Source: Magallana gigas (taxonomy: Eukaryota). Taken from it: a DNA stretch of 64,000 nucleotides. The notes under the pieces are model-generated. The model did not search any database, had not been told where the DNA came from, and saw only the letters and a list, made by a program, of their open reading frames with translations. Numbering within the stretch: position 1 is the stretch's first letter; the number at the start of each line of letters is the position of its first letter. This document shows positions 63,522 through 64,000 of this stretch, one piece after another. The position numbers were made by a program, and so were the translations under genes. The stretch spans positions 31,558,001 through 31,622,000 of the forward strand of contig NC_088857.1 in assembly GCF_963853765.1 (NCBI RefSeq), read 5' to 3'.

Positions 63522-64000
63522 GGTACCTCACTACACTTTCACTTATACTTTTTGAGACACTTCGTCACAAGATGGCGATTTAAATGTTTTGTTAAACTGT
63601 TTATATCGTCCGATTAGGTTGTATGTCGTCGTAGCTCAGTGGCTAAAATATTGGGCTTCTGAACCGCAGATCATGAGTTCGAATCCGCCTGGAGCTCTTG
63701 TTCATTTTAACTACATTAAATTTTTGAAAATGTAACTTTTCATCCAAAATTGCACTTTTTTTTTGCCTTTTAGACTTAAATACTTCTTATCCAATCAGCG
63801 ATAAACTGAATCTACCAATATAAGAAAGTTTGTGGCTAAAGCTTCTTTCACAATTGGCGGAAGCGACAAAATTTTCGTGCGAATGAAAATAGATATGGTT
63901 GGTAAGTTTATGCCAAAATACTTGCATATGGAAAAGTACTCGTACTAACTACATGTAGCATGATTCAGAGCGCCCGTTTGCACTGTAAACGCGTTGAATC
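63522..64000 (+). mobile_element. Probable Kolobok-like element (right end outside the window) with a tRNA-like segment at 63625-63696
   Basis: TTAA|GG start, A-box tagctcagtgg and B-box gagttcgaatcc. There is no acceptor-stem pairing, so this is not a functional tRNA. Confidence 0.5.

Noticed and set aside
63625-63696. tRNA gene candidate (also 30422-30487 and 30752-30845)
   Set aside because: A and B boxes are present but the acceptor stem does not pair and the sequences sit within transposon-like elements, so they are treated as tRNA-derived cassettes

Overview
AT-rich, intron-containing eukaryotic DNA, most likely an oyster (Crassostrea/Magallana-like bivalve), judged from the ~167-bp Cg170-type satellite carried inside Helentron non-autonomous elements. 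Splicing exons by hand (GT/GC-AG boundaries, phase-checked) gives these genes: an orphan 253-aa ORF (+), a secreted DUF4773-type Cys-rich protein (-), a 135-aa signal-peptide precursor ending KR-DEDDHMMPNYLNIKFGGF-GK* that looks like an amidated neuropeptide precursor and is invisible in the ORF track (+), RFWD3 (-, 14 exons, one GC-AG intron), intronless SDHAF2 (-) head-to-head with TBC1D7 (+, 3' end in an N gap), a GAREM-like CABIT+SAM adaptor (+) and DNMT2/TRDMT1 (-). Intergenic and intronic DNA is dense in non-autonomous transposons: TTAA-flanked Kolobok-like elements carrying tRNA-like cassettes (one nested in another), a long-hairpin element family, foldback elements with 21-bp subrepeats, Helentron/satellite elements and LINE 3' remnants. 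Family names come from recalled motifs, not database searches.
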